Assembly (NCBI GenBank): GCA_964016885.1
Contig: OZ024743.1
Span: 292,268,001 to 292,332,000 of the forward strand
Origin: Eledone cirrhosa
Lineage: Eukaryota
DNA: 64,000 nucleotides
Reading direction: 5' to 3'
Each line of letters starts with the position of its first letter. Position 1 is the stretch's first letter. Shown here piece by piece: positions 51,126 through 64,000 of this stretch. Under the pieces are notes generated by a model. The model ran no database searches. It worked only from the letters and a program-made list of their open reading frames with translations, and was not told where the DNA came from. The position numbers were made by a program, and so were the translations under genes.

Positions 51126-52830
51126 TTACCTTACTTCTCGTAGGGGAAGGACGGTTTTTCCATCCTTTTCACTGCTTGTGGCCTCCTCAGGAAGGATGTC
51201 CTTATAAATCCTCCTGGAGAGTGCTTGTCGGAAGTCTCCGATGTCTTTGGGGAATGTTTGTTTTAGTGTCATGTACGTTTTCTGTGTGATGCGAGTGATT
51301 TGTATGTGTGGAGGTGGTGTGAATTTTGGGGTTGTTGTGTAGTCTTTTTCTGTGATGCTGGTGTTGTGTTGGATGTAGTGCAATAATTGCTTGTTGTTCA
51401 AATTTAATGCTGTGAAGTGTGTATCGTTTTGGTTGTTTTGTTTTGTTTGCGTTTGTTGTGGGTTTGTTTCTGTTTCGCATTTTGGTGACTTTTGTGGTGT
51501 AGGTGATGGTGGTGTTGGAGTTAATGATGGTGATGGTGTTGGTGTTTGGGTTGATGGGGTTGGTGATGCTGGTGTGGATGGTGGCATATCTGTCCTAACT
51601 TTTTTGTTTCTTAGTTTATTTGTTTCCCTCTGTATTTTGTTTTTGGAGGGGGAAGGAAGAGAATTTTTTCTTTTTTGGTTTCTTTTTTTTTTTCCGGATA
51701 TCGTTTCCCACTCCTCGTCGTCACAATCTGTCTCCAGTTGTGATAGGCCGGGGAGTGGAAAATCCTCCACAGCCGTTAGTTTTGGTTGTGGTGTGGTGGA
51801 TGGTGTAGGCGCTGGTGCTAGTTCTGAAGCGTTGGGTGGTGGTGGTGTTGGTTTTGCTGGTGGTGGTAGTGGTGTTGGTTTTGCTACTGTTGCTGGGGTT
51901 GTTGCTGTTATAGTTGCTTCTGTTGTTGCTGCTACAGTTGTTGCTGGCATCTCTGCTACTGGTGGTGTTGATGGTTGTGTCACTGGGGTGGGTAGGAGAG
52001 GTGGCCTCAACCTTTTAGCCTGAGGGCAGAAAGCCCTTAGGTGGGTTCCTTCACCACAAACGACACACCTAGGTCTTCTGCCCTCGACAATTACCGTGAG
52101 GTGGCTGCCGTCAGTGAGGTCTATTACCTCTGGGATCTCCTCAATGCTTTTTTGGTCCGCTTGGATCAGGAGCTCCATCCCAGATCCGGACCAGTTTTCC
52201 TGCTTTTCTTTTGCTATTGTTATTATTTTCGTGTTGGCCTCGATGCCGGCGATGACAGCCGCTATTAGCCAGGGAATTTCGATGGCCGGTGGAACGTGGG
52301 TCACCCTGATCTTTACGAGTCTCTGGCCACAATAGCTTGGGACGAGTGTGAAGTCGTCACTTTTTAATGGGGCCATGGAGTGTTCTCTAGCCTCCTCTGG
52401 TGTTTCAAAGAACACATCCACGGTTCCATACTTTTGCCCACGTCTGATGTGGGTTTTTCTTGCCCACACATGTCCCAAAGCTTTTCGGATTTGGGACTCG
52501 GATGCCCGTTCCACTCGGCGCGATTTTACATTTATTGTTCTATACGACACGGTGCACAGGCGCCGATGCTCCATTTTATTAGGTGGGGGGGGGGGGGGTG
52601 AGGATGACCCTGTACCCATCTTTCTTTACCATTTGTTTGGCATTTTCTAAATCTTCTTGAGTTACCGTGAACGCTTCGAATTGTTTTGCTACTCTGGCGA
52701 AACTGAGGGTCGGTTTTATAATGTCATTGTTGTTGTTGTTGCTATCGTTGATATTAATTTTATTTTCAGTTCTGGTGGTGGTGACGTCAGTCGTCTTTGG
52801 TGGGGAAGAGTCCATTTTGCTTGATTTCAT
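51126..52830 (-). CDS. Tx1-like ORF1 (gag-like, CX2CX4HX4C knuckle, Pro/Thr-rich linker), with a frameshift at a G-run near 52590
   Basis: ORFs 52579-52878 and 51126-52619 join across a homopolymer, which may be a sequencing error. Contains CVVCGEGTHLRAFC. Confidence 0.8.
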
Positions 52831-52849
52831 TTCGACATCACGCAGTATT

Positions 52850-53250
52850 TGGTTCAAACTACTGTGTTTTGATTTCAAATTCCGAATTAAACATTGCCAT
52901 TTATCCCTTCGAATACAATAAATAAATTTGTACCATGGCGCTGTCGATTGCTGGAATTTTTAAATCATCGGTTGTGATGTCTTGTGGTAACTATTTCGGC
53001 CATTTTCATTATGTTTTTGCTTACGATATCAATGTTGCCAAACAGTATTAACAGTAGCCTTCCAATTAAACAAAAGTGGTGTCCTGGAGAAGAGATATTT
53101 GCATGCATGTTATATCTGTTGATCTTCGATAGAAAATAAAACCCGCCCGGGCCTGCGGATCCGAGCAAGATTTTCACATTATAGATGAATCCATGGTATT
53201 GGGATCCCGGCAAAAGGTCTAAATATAATCCAACTAAATGCTGAGTTCAA
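52850..53250 (-). pseudogene. Very decayed Penelope-like RT fragment
   Basis: SAGPGGFYFLSKINR...ANISSPG resembles the PLE pattern P.FY.LPKIHK..RPIISS. A frameshifted AID-SAM/TNL..EGI follows. Confidence 0.4.
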
Positions 53251-53823
53251 ACAGTAAAATCTAACGTCGGACTTTACTTTAACGTTTAAAGAAATATGTT
53301 TCCAACACAAAACAGAACATTTGGGATTAATTAACATAATTTTGATCACCATTTCTTCGTAGTCGGAAATATTTAATTCAACTTCAACTAAATCACAGTC
53401 AAAGATTTCAAATAAATTAGATGTAACTTTCTTACAGAACCTTTAGATAGCGAAAATAATACATCAATTTTTACCAAAGAGTTTATACAAATGCTCCGGC
53501 ATCCGTCGCAACTTTTCTATTAAATAGTTATATTTTATTTCATGGAAGCCATATTAGTTATTTATCTGACTTTAACAAATAACTGAACATCATTTTTAAG
53601 ATTCCAGAAACCTTAATAACATTTTCTGCAAAGAAAGTTACAAGCTAAAACTTCAAACAGAAACATTTCTACTATGGTTCCTCACAATTAAGATTAAACG
53701 TCTTAATTGTTAATGCTAAAATACAAATATCTTTCGGGTCATTACATAATATATTATTTAATATCATCACTCTTTCTTTGATAATTATACCCTTCTTTCT
53801 TTCTTTACTTCTTTCTTTAAGTA

Positions 53824-53902
<79 letters not shown>

Positions 53903-53909
53903 TCTCTCT

Positions 53910-53965
<56 letters not shown>

Positions 53966-54030
53966 TTCTCTCTCTCTTTCCCTCTCTCCCTCGCTCTATC
54001 TCTCTCTCTCTCTATTTATATATATATATG

Positions 54031-54088
<58 letters not shown>

Positions 54089-54148
54089 AATTATTTAAAA
54101 AATAATGAATAAACAAAGAAACAGTTCCTTATATTAAACAAAAAAAGT

Positions 54149-54289
54149 TCATTATTTTACGATCGTTTCTAGGACATATATGTGTTAGAATTGGTATGCA
54201 TATTCAAAAGATCTATGTACAAAATTATACAAACTATCAGAGTGAATATACATACCTTCACATATATATGCTGTCTTCAGAAATAATGA
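54149..54289 (-). ncRNA. Type I hammerhead ribozyme with long stem II (inverted copy)
   Basis: Reverse complement of 57190-57330. Confidence 0.6.
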
Positions 54290-54544
54290 TGCTTGTTTAT
54301 TGATAATAACAACAATTCAAAATAATAGGTCTGTTTGGGAACAGATTTTAAATAGACCAATGAAATAAAGATTGAGATACATAAACATTTATCAAGAAAA
54401 TACAGTTAGGTGTGTATATATGTATGTAAATACGCTCACAGATGTGCATAAAAGTGTATGCTCATATGTATACGTATAGTGAAAAAGTGTATGTAAATAT
54501 AAAATTTAGGGCTAATGTATCTGTATGTCTGTAATCAACAGACA

Positions 54545-54590
<46 letters not shown>

Positions 54591-55213
54591 TAAGTATATG
54601 AATATTGAGGAGCTCACAGAAACACGCCCACACACACTTACATTTAGATGCGGAAGTAAAAGAGGTAAGGGAGTATAGTAATTAAAAGAAAGTGTCAATC
54701 TCGACATACTTATAAAAATGTATCAATAAATTAGAAATGAAAAATAAAAAAAAAATTTTATATAGAAGGAAAAAACTCAAGAAAAGAAGACAAAAAAAGA
54801 CAAAAAAAGGGGGGGTACGTACATACACAGACACACATGTCTCACAAAAAAAAACATGAAAAAAAAAAAACATAAAAGAGAGACATAAAATATACATGCT
54901 TATATACACACGCACATTTACACATCCATACGTTCGATACGTACATACATACACACACACATACACATACTTACACTCACGCATATTGACCTGTTTGTAT
55001 GCACACACATTAAAATAAGTAAAACATATACCCATACATATAAATATACACCTATATATATATACACACACATACCCATGTATATAAACAACCACACACA
55101 CACACACACACACACTCAGACATACATATATATATATACATACTCACACATATATACACCGTCAGACACATATACACATATATACACATACATACACACA
55201 TCTCTACACATAC

Positions 55214-55317
<104 letters not shown>

Positions 55318-55868
55318 GCATACATATATATTTTTATACTCACATACAAACACACATACATGCATACACACTTACATACACATACACACATCCACGCTTA
55401 CATATACATATAATTATGGGGGGGGGTGAAGGGGGATTACATTTATTAGTGGGAAATAGTAAATATATAGGTTTCAAGGAACATAGAATACTAACCTGCA
55501 GTTAAAGCTTTATATGTGTTTACTTAGTGGTATCTGTTTTAGGAAATGGTATTTGTAAGAAGGAAAGCCAAATTATGTATTTTAATATAAGTAGAATATT
55601 AATTATAGGTTAACTAAACTAAAAATAGTTAATATATTAATTTCTAAGGTGTATACTAATTAGGTTTATAATATTTAAAGCGGAATTTTGAAGTTAAACA
55701 GTAGTAGAGTATTAATTATAGCATAACTAAATTAAAAATAATTACATATATTTACATGATGGTATCAATTTTAGGAAATGAATTTTGTAAGAGGGAAAGC
55801 CAAATTAAGTAGTTCATCGGTAGTTAAATTCTCATACTCAACAACTAAAAACATAAAACAAAATATAA

Positions 55869-56390
55869 GTGCCTTTTAATGCATATAAATGTAAAGAAAC
55901 CATAAGTATACCACCAGTACATCAAACTAGCCATATTATCTCCTCAAATACAGAATTAACGAAAGGTTGTAACTGTAGAAACAAGGCAAACTGCCCATTA
56001 AAAGGAAATTGTCTTGTTAACAACATAGTATATAAATGTAAAATTAAAACTAAGGATTCTATTTGCTCATATATAGGAGCTACTTCTAACAATTTTAAGG
56101 TAAGATTTAATACCCACAAACATAGTTTTAAAAATGCCGCACTGGCTAATACAACATCTCTAGCAGAAAAAATTAATAGTTATAGAAACAGGAATATAGA
56201 ATATGATATGACCTGGAGTGTGCTCAAAAGAGCCACCCCTTATCAAAATAATAGAAATGAATGTAGATTGTGTTCCCAAGAACTATTTTAAATAATGAAA
56301 TCTAAGGATATCCTATTAAATAAGCGACAGGAATTAATAATATCGTGTAATCATAAACTGAGAAAAACATTTAAATATTATAAATCTAAT
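55869..56390 (+). pseudogene. Penelope-type GIY-YIG endonuclease fragment
   Basis: CNCRNKANCPLKGNCLVNNIVYKC...YIGATSNNFKVRFNTHKHSF...CRLCSQE. Confidence 0.85.
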
Positions 56391-57189
56391 TAATAATATA
56401 TATTTTAGAAATTAATATATAAATTAATTTTAATGTAGTTAACCTATAATTTTAATTAAAATTCTACTACAGATGAAATAAAAAATATCGTATAATCATA
56501 AACATGTGTGTGCATACAAACAGGTCAATATGCATGTGTATGTGTTTGTGTATATATGTACGTATCGAACGTATGGATGTGTAAATGTGCGTGTGTATAT
56601 AAGCATGTATATTTTGTGTCTCTCTTTTATGTTTTTTTTTTTAATGTTTTTTTGTGAGACATGTGTGTCTGTGTATGTACGTACCCCCCCTTTTTTGTCT
56701 TTTTTTGTCTTCTTTTCTTGAGTTTTTCCTTCTATATGAAATTTTTTTTTTATTTTTCATTTCTAATTTATTGATACATTTTTATAAGTATGTCGAGATT
56801 GACACTTTCCTTTAATTACTATACTCCCTTACCTCTTTTACTTCCGCATCTAAATGTAAGTGTGTGTGGGCGTGTTTCTGTGAGCTCCTCAATATTCATA
56901 TACTTATGATATATATATATATATATATATATTCTGTCTGTTGATTACAGACATACCGATACATTAGCCCTAAATTTTATATTTACATACACTTTTTCAC
57001 TATACGTATACATATGAGAATACACTTTTATGCACATCTGTGAGCGTATTTACATACATATATACACACCTAACTGTATTTTCTTGATAAATTTTTATGT
57101 ATCTCAATCTTTATTTCATTGGTCTATTTAAAATCTGTTCCCAAACAGACCTATTATTTTGAATTGTTGTTATTATCAATAAACAAGCA

Positions 57190-57330
57190 TCATTATTTCT
57201 GAAGACAGCATATATATGTGAAGGTATGTATATTCACTCTGATAGTTTGTATAATTTTGTACATAGATCTTTTGAATATGCATACCAATTCTAACACATA
57301 TATGTCCTAGAAACGATCGTAAAATAATGA
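57190..57330 (+). ncRNA. Type I hammerhead ribozyme with long stem II
   Basis: Stem I tcattattt/aaataatga; CTGAAGA at 57199; GAAA at 57310; palindromic ACGATCGT; GTA cleavage triplet at 57319-57321. Confidence 0.65.
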
Positions 57331-57541
57331 ACTTTTTTTGTTTAATATAAGGAAGTGTTTCTTTGTTTATTCCTTATTTTTTTCATAATTTATCTTGACT
57401 CTGTTTTCCGTTTATCTTTCACCGAATGTGATTTTTGAATGCATCTCTTCTTTTCAAGATATCCGGATTACATTGAGTTCTTCATACGGATTGGACACTA
57501 CCGTAAACTTTTGGTAGATTTATCTACATATATATATACAT

Positions 57542-57575
<34 letters not shown>

Positions 57576-57577
57576 AT

Positions 57578-57756
<179 letters not shown>

Positions 57757-57793
57757 CATATATATATATACCTATACATACATACGCATACAC

Positions 57794-57832
<39 letters not shown>

Positions 57833-57834
57833 CG

Positions 57835-59155
57835 TGGAAAAAAAGAAACGAAATTTCATTTCTCACACTAGTACGGCTGTTACTTAAATATAAGTATGTA
57901 TAGGTACATACATATATGTATACAGACGTACAGTAGTATGCATATATATACATACATGCACACATATATATATGTACGTACGGATTTATTGACGATAGCT
58001 AATAAGCTTGAAACTAGTACATCGTTACTTTGTCAGTGTTGAACAAAAGGGTAACGATGGTTGCTAAACACTGTACGGCTTAATTCGGGATGTTTGTTTA
58101 CAAACAAACCGAGCATTATAATAAATGTTCGGTAAATCCATACGTACATATATGTATATATATATGTGTGCATGTATGTATATATATACATACTACTGTA
58201 AGTCTATATACATATATGTATGTACGTATACTTACTTATATTTAAGTAACAGCCGTACTAAGAGTGAGAAATAAGATTTCGTTTCACTTTTTACATTTAT
58301 CGTTTTCGGTGCACCCGGCCGATTAACTCACTCGATATGCAAATTAGGATGCTCAGCCGTTAATATGCATAAGGAAAGTATATACTTTCAGACGTTCAAT
58401 CATCTGGTAGGAAGGTATACGGTGCTGACGATAGCTAATAAGCTTGAAACTAGTACATCGTTCCTTTGTCAGTGTTGAATAAAAGGGCAACGATGGTTGC
58501 TAAACACTGTACGGCATAATTCGGGATGTTTGTTTACAAACAAACCGAGCATTATAATGAATGATCGGTAAATCCATACGTACATATATATATATGTGTG
58601 CATGTATGTATATATATACATGCGACTGTACGTCTGTATACATATATGTATGTACGTATACTTACTTATATTTAAGTAACAGCCGTACTAAGAGTGAGAA
58701 ATGAAATTTCGTTTCATTTTTTCCATTTATCGTTTTCGGTGCGCCTGGCCGATTAACTCACTCGATATGCAAATTAGGCTGCTCAGCCGTTAATATGCAT
58801 AAGGAAAGTATATACTTTCAGACGTTCAATCATCTGGCAGGAAGCTATACGATGGTGAGGATAGCTAATAAGCTTGAAACAAGTACATCGTTCCTTTGTC
58901 AGTGTTGAATAAAAGGGCAACAATGGCTGCTAAACGCTGTACAGATTAATTCGGGCTGTTTTTTAGAAACAAACCGAGCATTATAATAAATGTTCGGTAA
59001 ACCCATACGTACATATATATATGTGTGCATGTATGTATATATATGCATACCACTGTACGTCTGCATACATATATGTATGACCGTATACATGCTTATATTT
59101 AAGTAACAACCGTACTAAGAGTGAGAAATGAAATTCCGTTTCATTTTTTCCATTT
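57835..59155 (+). mobile_element. Tandem ~430-bp hammerhead-bearing repeats (about 2.7 units) preceded by an inverted partial unit; retrozyme/pLTR-like
   Basis: GAAAC cores at 58010, 58446 and 58876. 57835-57989 is inverted relative to the units. Confidence 0.8.
58420..58460 (+). ncRNA. Minimal type I hammerhead ribozyme
   Basis: cggtg-CTGACGA-tagctaataagctt-GAAA-ctag-TA-catcg, with palindromic ACTAGT in stem III. Confidence 0.8.
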
Positions 59156-59167
59156 ATATATATATAT

Positions 59168-59338
59168 CTAAGGCGGGTAAAATTCCCAAGATCCATGGAC
59201 GAGTTCTCTCCAGCGGTCTCTGTCCCTCATTATCGCTGCCATGTCCTGCGTCTCCAACAGACCAGTGTCTGTCCTTAGGGCATCGAACATACGTTAACCT
59301 TGGTCTTCCTCTTCTAGTGTGTACATGTAGGGGCTCCC
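59168..59338 (-). mobile_element. RTE-like LINE 3' fragment
   Basis: With one frameshift it reads RRGRPRLTYV/DALRTDTGLLETQDMAAIMRDRDRWRELV, a typical RTE C-terminus. Confidence 0.65.
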
Positions 59339-60016
59339 TATATATATATATATATTTATTTATTAGAATTGGTGCTCTGAAATAGCGATGTATACATGAA
59401 TTTATGTATAGTATATTTGGCAATACACCGTATGTATATGTTATGGCGTATATTTTATATATTGTGGTATATATGCTTTTGGTTATGTGTATACGTGAGT
59501 TTTGCGTCTGTGTGAGTATGCGGGTTGGCACGTATGTAGGGTGTGTGTACATGTGTACTTCGTGTTTTGGTTGACATCATCTCCAAACATATGTGTATTT
59601 ACATGTAGGTATGTGTGTGCGCTTGTCATATACGTATTTATTTATTTATATACGTTTATTTAATTACTACGATCCATATATGACGTATTATCTTCGTTTT
59701 TTCTGTTCATTGCCAGAGAACGTCTCTATGAACCACCTAATAGAATATTAGTCTACGACTTCTTTTATACCATAAACGTGGTTTTGTCTTTGCGTGTAAT
59801 TGTTTTTCACCGCTCCAAATAATGACGAATTATATTCGTTTTTTCCCGTTCTTTGCCAGGGAACGTTTCCACGAACCAAAGTATCGTCTTCCTGTCTCCC
59901 TCCGGTTGCAACGTTTTTTGAAATATTCACTTCTGCGTTTACAGATTGACTTTGTTAGTTTCAGAAGATCCCGTTAAGGGTGAAAGTAGCGATTCTTTGC
60001 TTAAGCTTTAATCTGT

Positions 60017-60090
<74 letters not shown>

Positions 60091-60092
<2 letters not shown>

Positions 60093-60772
60093 GATATATT
60101 AACAAATGGAAACTATATTTATAAAACCATATTTATTTCATTATACATATTTCAAGGACACCAAGTTAAATTATTCGTAACTCATCCAATAAATATTTAT
60201 TTTTTCACTTCATCTTAAATGTTACGCTAATACAACAACCTATCACTTAGGGCTTTCTCTTTCTCTTTCTCTTTCTCTTTCTCTTTCTTTTTTTCTTTTT
60301 TTCCTTCTCTTCCTCTTTATCTTTCTCTTTCTCTTGTTTTCTTATTTTCCTCTTAGAGTTTGCTCTTTTTTCACTTTTTTCTCTTTCTTTTCTTTCCCTT
60401 TTTCCATACCCCAACGGCTTATTTTAAATCTACTGTGATTTAAATATATCCGACACTAATTTGCATAATAGACTAAATAAATTTAATAACCCCACTATCC
60501 GGGAGCTTCCAACAGAAATGGTCACATTCTTTAAGGGTATGTCAATATTTATTTATAAAACTGATCTATATTATATTTTATCTGATGAAAGCACACCATA
60601 ATTTAACGTGGTGTCCTTGAAATATGTATAATGAAATAAATATGGTTTTATAAATATAGTTTCCATTTGTTAATATATCGTATTTTTACTCCAATAATTT
60701 GTTGAGTGCTTTAATTCAGTTATAAAAATATTTGCTTATTGTATCCCAACAATTTAAATAGAACTTCTACAT
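60091..60772 (+). mobile_element. PLE pseudo-LTR (same family as 18340-20840) with a short inverted copy at 60091-60174
   Basis: Direct homology to the 18-21 kb element. (TA)n on both sides. Confidence 0.75.
60574..60638 (+). ncRNA. Type I hammerhead ribozyme
   Basis: tattttat-CTGATGA-aagcacacca..tggtgtcctt-GAAA-tatgta-TA-atgaaata. Confidence 0.65.
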
Positions 60773-60789
60773 ATATATCTATATATCTA

Positions 60790-61590
<801 letters not shown>

Positions 61591-61705
61591 TATATATATA
61601 CATTTCGTTTTAATCATTGTCTAGCCCAGAAAAAAGAGAGATAAAGACACAAAAAAAAGGAAAAAAATATATCTTTCTTCCTCATAATCGTCTGTTTTTC
61701 CAGGT

Positions 61706-61801
<96 letters not shown>

Positions 61802-62011
61802 GTAAAAAAGATGATATCGAAAATGCAACTGGAGTCTTTTTAAGAATATTTATTTGTTTCAATTACCGGTTTCGCAGTTCTTATGCTTTTCAAAAGTAGA
61901 ATTGAGATGGATGGTTTTTGGTTCTTCTCGCATCTCTCTCTCTCTTCCTCTCTATTCCTCTCTATCTCTCTCTCTCTCTCTCTCTGTATCTCTCTCTCTC
62001 TCTCTCTCTCT

Positions 62012-62107
<96 letters not shown>

Positions 62108-62419
62108 GAAAATGAAAAATGAGTGATGCATCGGAACTCAATTTATTGTGGGTTACAATTGTTTCTACGTGTGTGGATCTACCTGACTCTAGACTCGCAG
62201 GTTCCTCGGACACATCTATTGATTTCGAATCATATCCTCTTTCTGGTGTTTTCTGGTCCTACAAGCCTATATCGTCCACCTTCATCCGCTTTGCACGTCC
62301 TTGGGTTGGTCACTGGGTACTGACGTCATCATTATTCTGACCACTTGTAGCAGCTCACTGACCGTCAGGGCGTGAGCTGTTACTCACTCACTGCTCCATC
62401 AGTAAAATTTCTGCTGTTT

Positions 62420-62842
62420 GTCAGCTCACACTCCCACTCACACACACACACACACAGATACTGACATACAGATACAGAGTAGCTTGTGTGCTTACATTCA
62501 CACACAGAAATAGTCACACAAATATACGCATACATGCACACAGAGAGGCACACACGAACAAAGGCGCGTGGATATACGCACGCATATACACAGACACATG
62601 CACATACACGCACTATACATGCACTCAGACACACGTACGCATCCGTACGTATACATACACGTACACTCACACATATATATATACATATACATACATTTAC
62701 GTACACACATCTGCACATCTGCACATGCACATGCATACATACACACATACACATACACGCCCACACATACGTATATACACATACGTCTACACATACGTCT
62801 ACACACACATATATACACACACACGCACATATATACACACAC

Positions 62843-62902
<60 letters not shown>

Positions 62903-63020
62903 CATACATACATATATACACACGCATACCCTAATACATTTTTGTTTCCCCCTGCACGTGTGCATACTCACACACAGACTCGCATATATATTCTTACACA
63001 TATGTATACACACATAAAAA
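62420..63020. repeat. Degenerate (CA)/(TA) low-complexity tract
   Basis: Seen directly. Confidence 0.9.
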
Positions 63021-63718
63021 AATGTACGAAAACTACATGCAAGAAATATTGAATTGAATTTCTAACATTACTAATTCATTTTTCAAATCCCACCGCTGTC
63101 TTTTAATCACGTGATGTTTACACACACATATCCATATAATGAACATAGGATAACAGAAAATTAAACACACACAAAAGAAGATAGGATAAAGATCAAAGTT
63201 ATTTGTAAGACGCTCAGGTTAAAGGAAGAAATATTTATTTTTGACGTTTTGGACAGTTTCCTTCTTTGAAAAATAGTAGTGGAAAAAAAAGATAATAACG
63301 GAAATGTTCAAACAATTAGTATTTTCGTTACCCAATACTCATGGACTGAGCTAAAGTAAGAACATGTTCAGTTTAAGTATTCAAGTCTAACAAGCAAATG
63401 GTGGACGTGTGACGTGTTGTGTATATATGTGTATATATGTGTGTGAGTATATGTGTGAGTGAGTGTTTTTTTCTGAGAGAGAAAGAAATTTGACTTAAAT
63501 GTATATGTATGAGTCATTTCGTATGTGAACATGTGCGTGCATTTACACCGTGTAATCTTTTGAAAGTAGAATGTTTAAATACGGGGTGTAAGTGTATATG
63601 TATGTGTCTCACTAATTACTTTAGATGTATAATTTTGTGTTTGTTTTTTTAAAAGTCATGTATGTCTGGCTGACTTTGACACGGTGTGCACGTGTGTTTA
63701 TTAGTGCAGTATGTGCGT

Positions 63719-63960
63719 GAAGGCGCCCGGTTAGTGGTTAGAGCGTTCAGCTTGCAATCGTGAGGTTGTGAGTTTGATTCTCGCTCCGAGTGATGCATTG
63801 AATCGTTGAACGACATATTTTATTTCACGTTACGCCAGTTTACTCAGCTGTAGAAATGAGTTGCGACGTCACTGGTACGAAACTGTATTAGTCATTGCCT
63901 TTCCATTGGGCAACATCGGTGCCGTAAAGAAGGGAGCCTTGTACGAATCAATAAGTTGCG
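63719..63960 (+). mobile_element. tRNA-derived SINE (second family)
   Basis: A-box-like GGTTAGTGG, B-box-like GAGTTTGATTC and the core atttcacgtt..ccagtttactcagctgtagaaatgag. Confidence 0.7.
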
Positions 63961-64000
63961 TATTTTGTGGGAAGGCTCAAATCGAAATCTGATTGGAACG

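Larger units (their letters stand above)
47428..52842 (-). mobile_element. Tx1-like T1, young copy truncated in the 5' part of ORF1 (T1e)
   Basis: Intact ORF2. Homology to T1a ends at 52842 with no microsatellite at that end. Confidence 0.92.

Noticed and set aside
57990-59155. CRISPR-like or other prokaryotic repeat system
   Set aside because: Whole units are repeated with no unique spacers and no cas genes. The context is eukaryotic.
59960-60005. Hammerhead-like CAGAAGA-tcccgttaagggt-GAAA
   Set aside because: The core is mutated and stems I and III do not pair convincingly.
63719-63795. tRNA gene
   Set aside because: There is no complete cloverleaf, and it continues into a SINE core.

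Overview
Gene-free, repeat-saturated eukaryotic DNA. The SINEs and dense TA/TAA/CA microsatellites resemble octopus/cephalopod genomes, but that taxon is an inference. No host gene is supported. Most of the window is two arrays of non-LTR retrotransposons (about 1-17.5 kb and 28.4-52.8 kb) joined by (TAA)n/(TTA)n tracts. They contain two R4/Dong-like RLE families (A and B; one B copy has an intact 1130-aa ORF) and two Tx1-like APE families (T1 and T2; one T1 copy has an intact 1139-aa ORF2). Polarity is strict: R4/Dong copies read into TAA and Tx1 copies read into TTA. An unclassified repeat X lies upstream of both R4/Dong 5' ends that are present and shares a 15-nt 5' motif with T2. Both Tx1 families have a consensus splice donor at the ORF1 stop, whose first downstream YAG would fuse ORF1 to ORF2 in frame. 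The rest of the window holds Penelope-like remnants next to (TA)n tracts, with GIY-YIG fragments, inverted pseudo-LTRs and several type I hammerhead ribozymes, including a ~430-bp tandem retrozyme-like array. All alignments and folds were done by eye, so boundaries are approximate.
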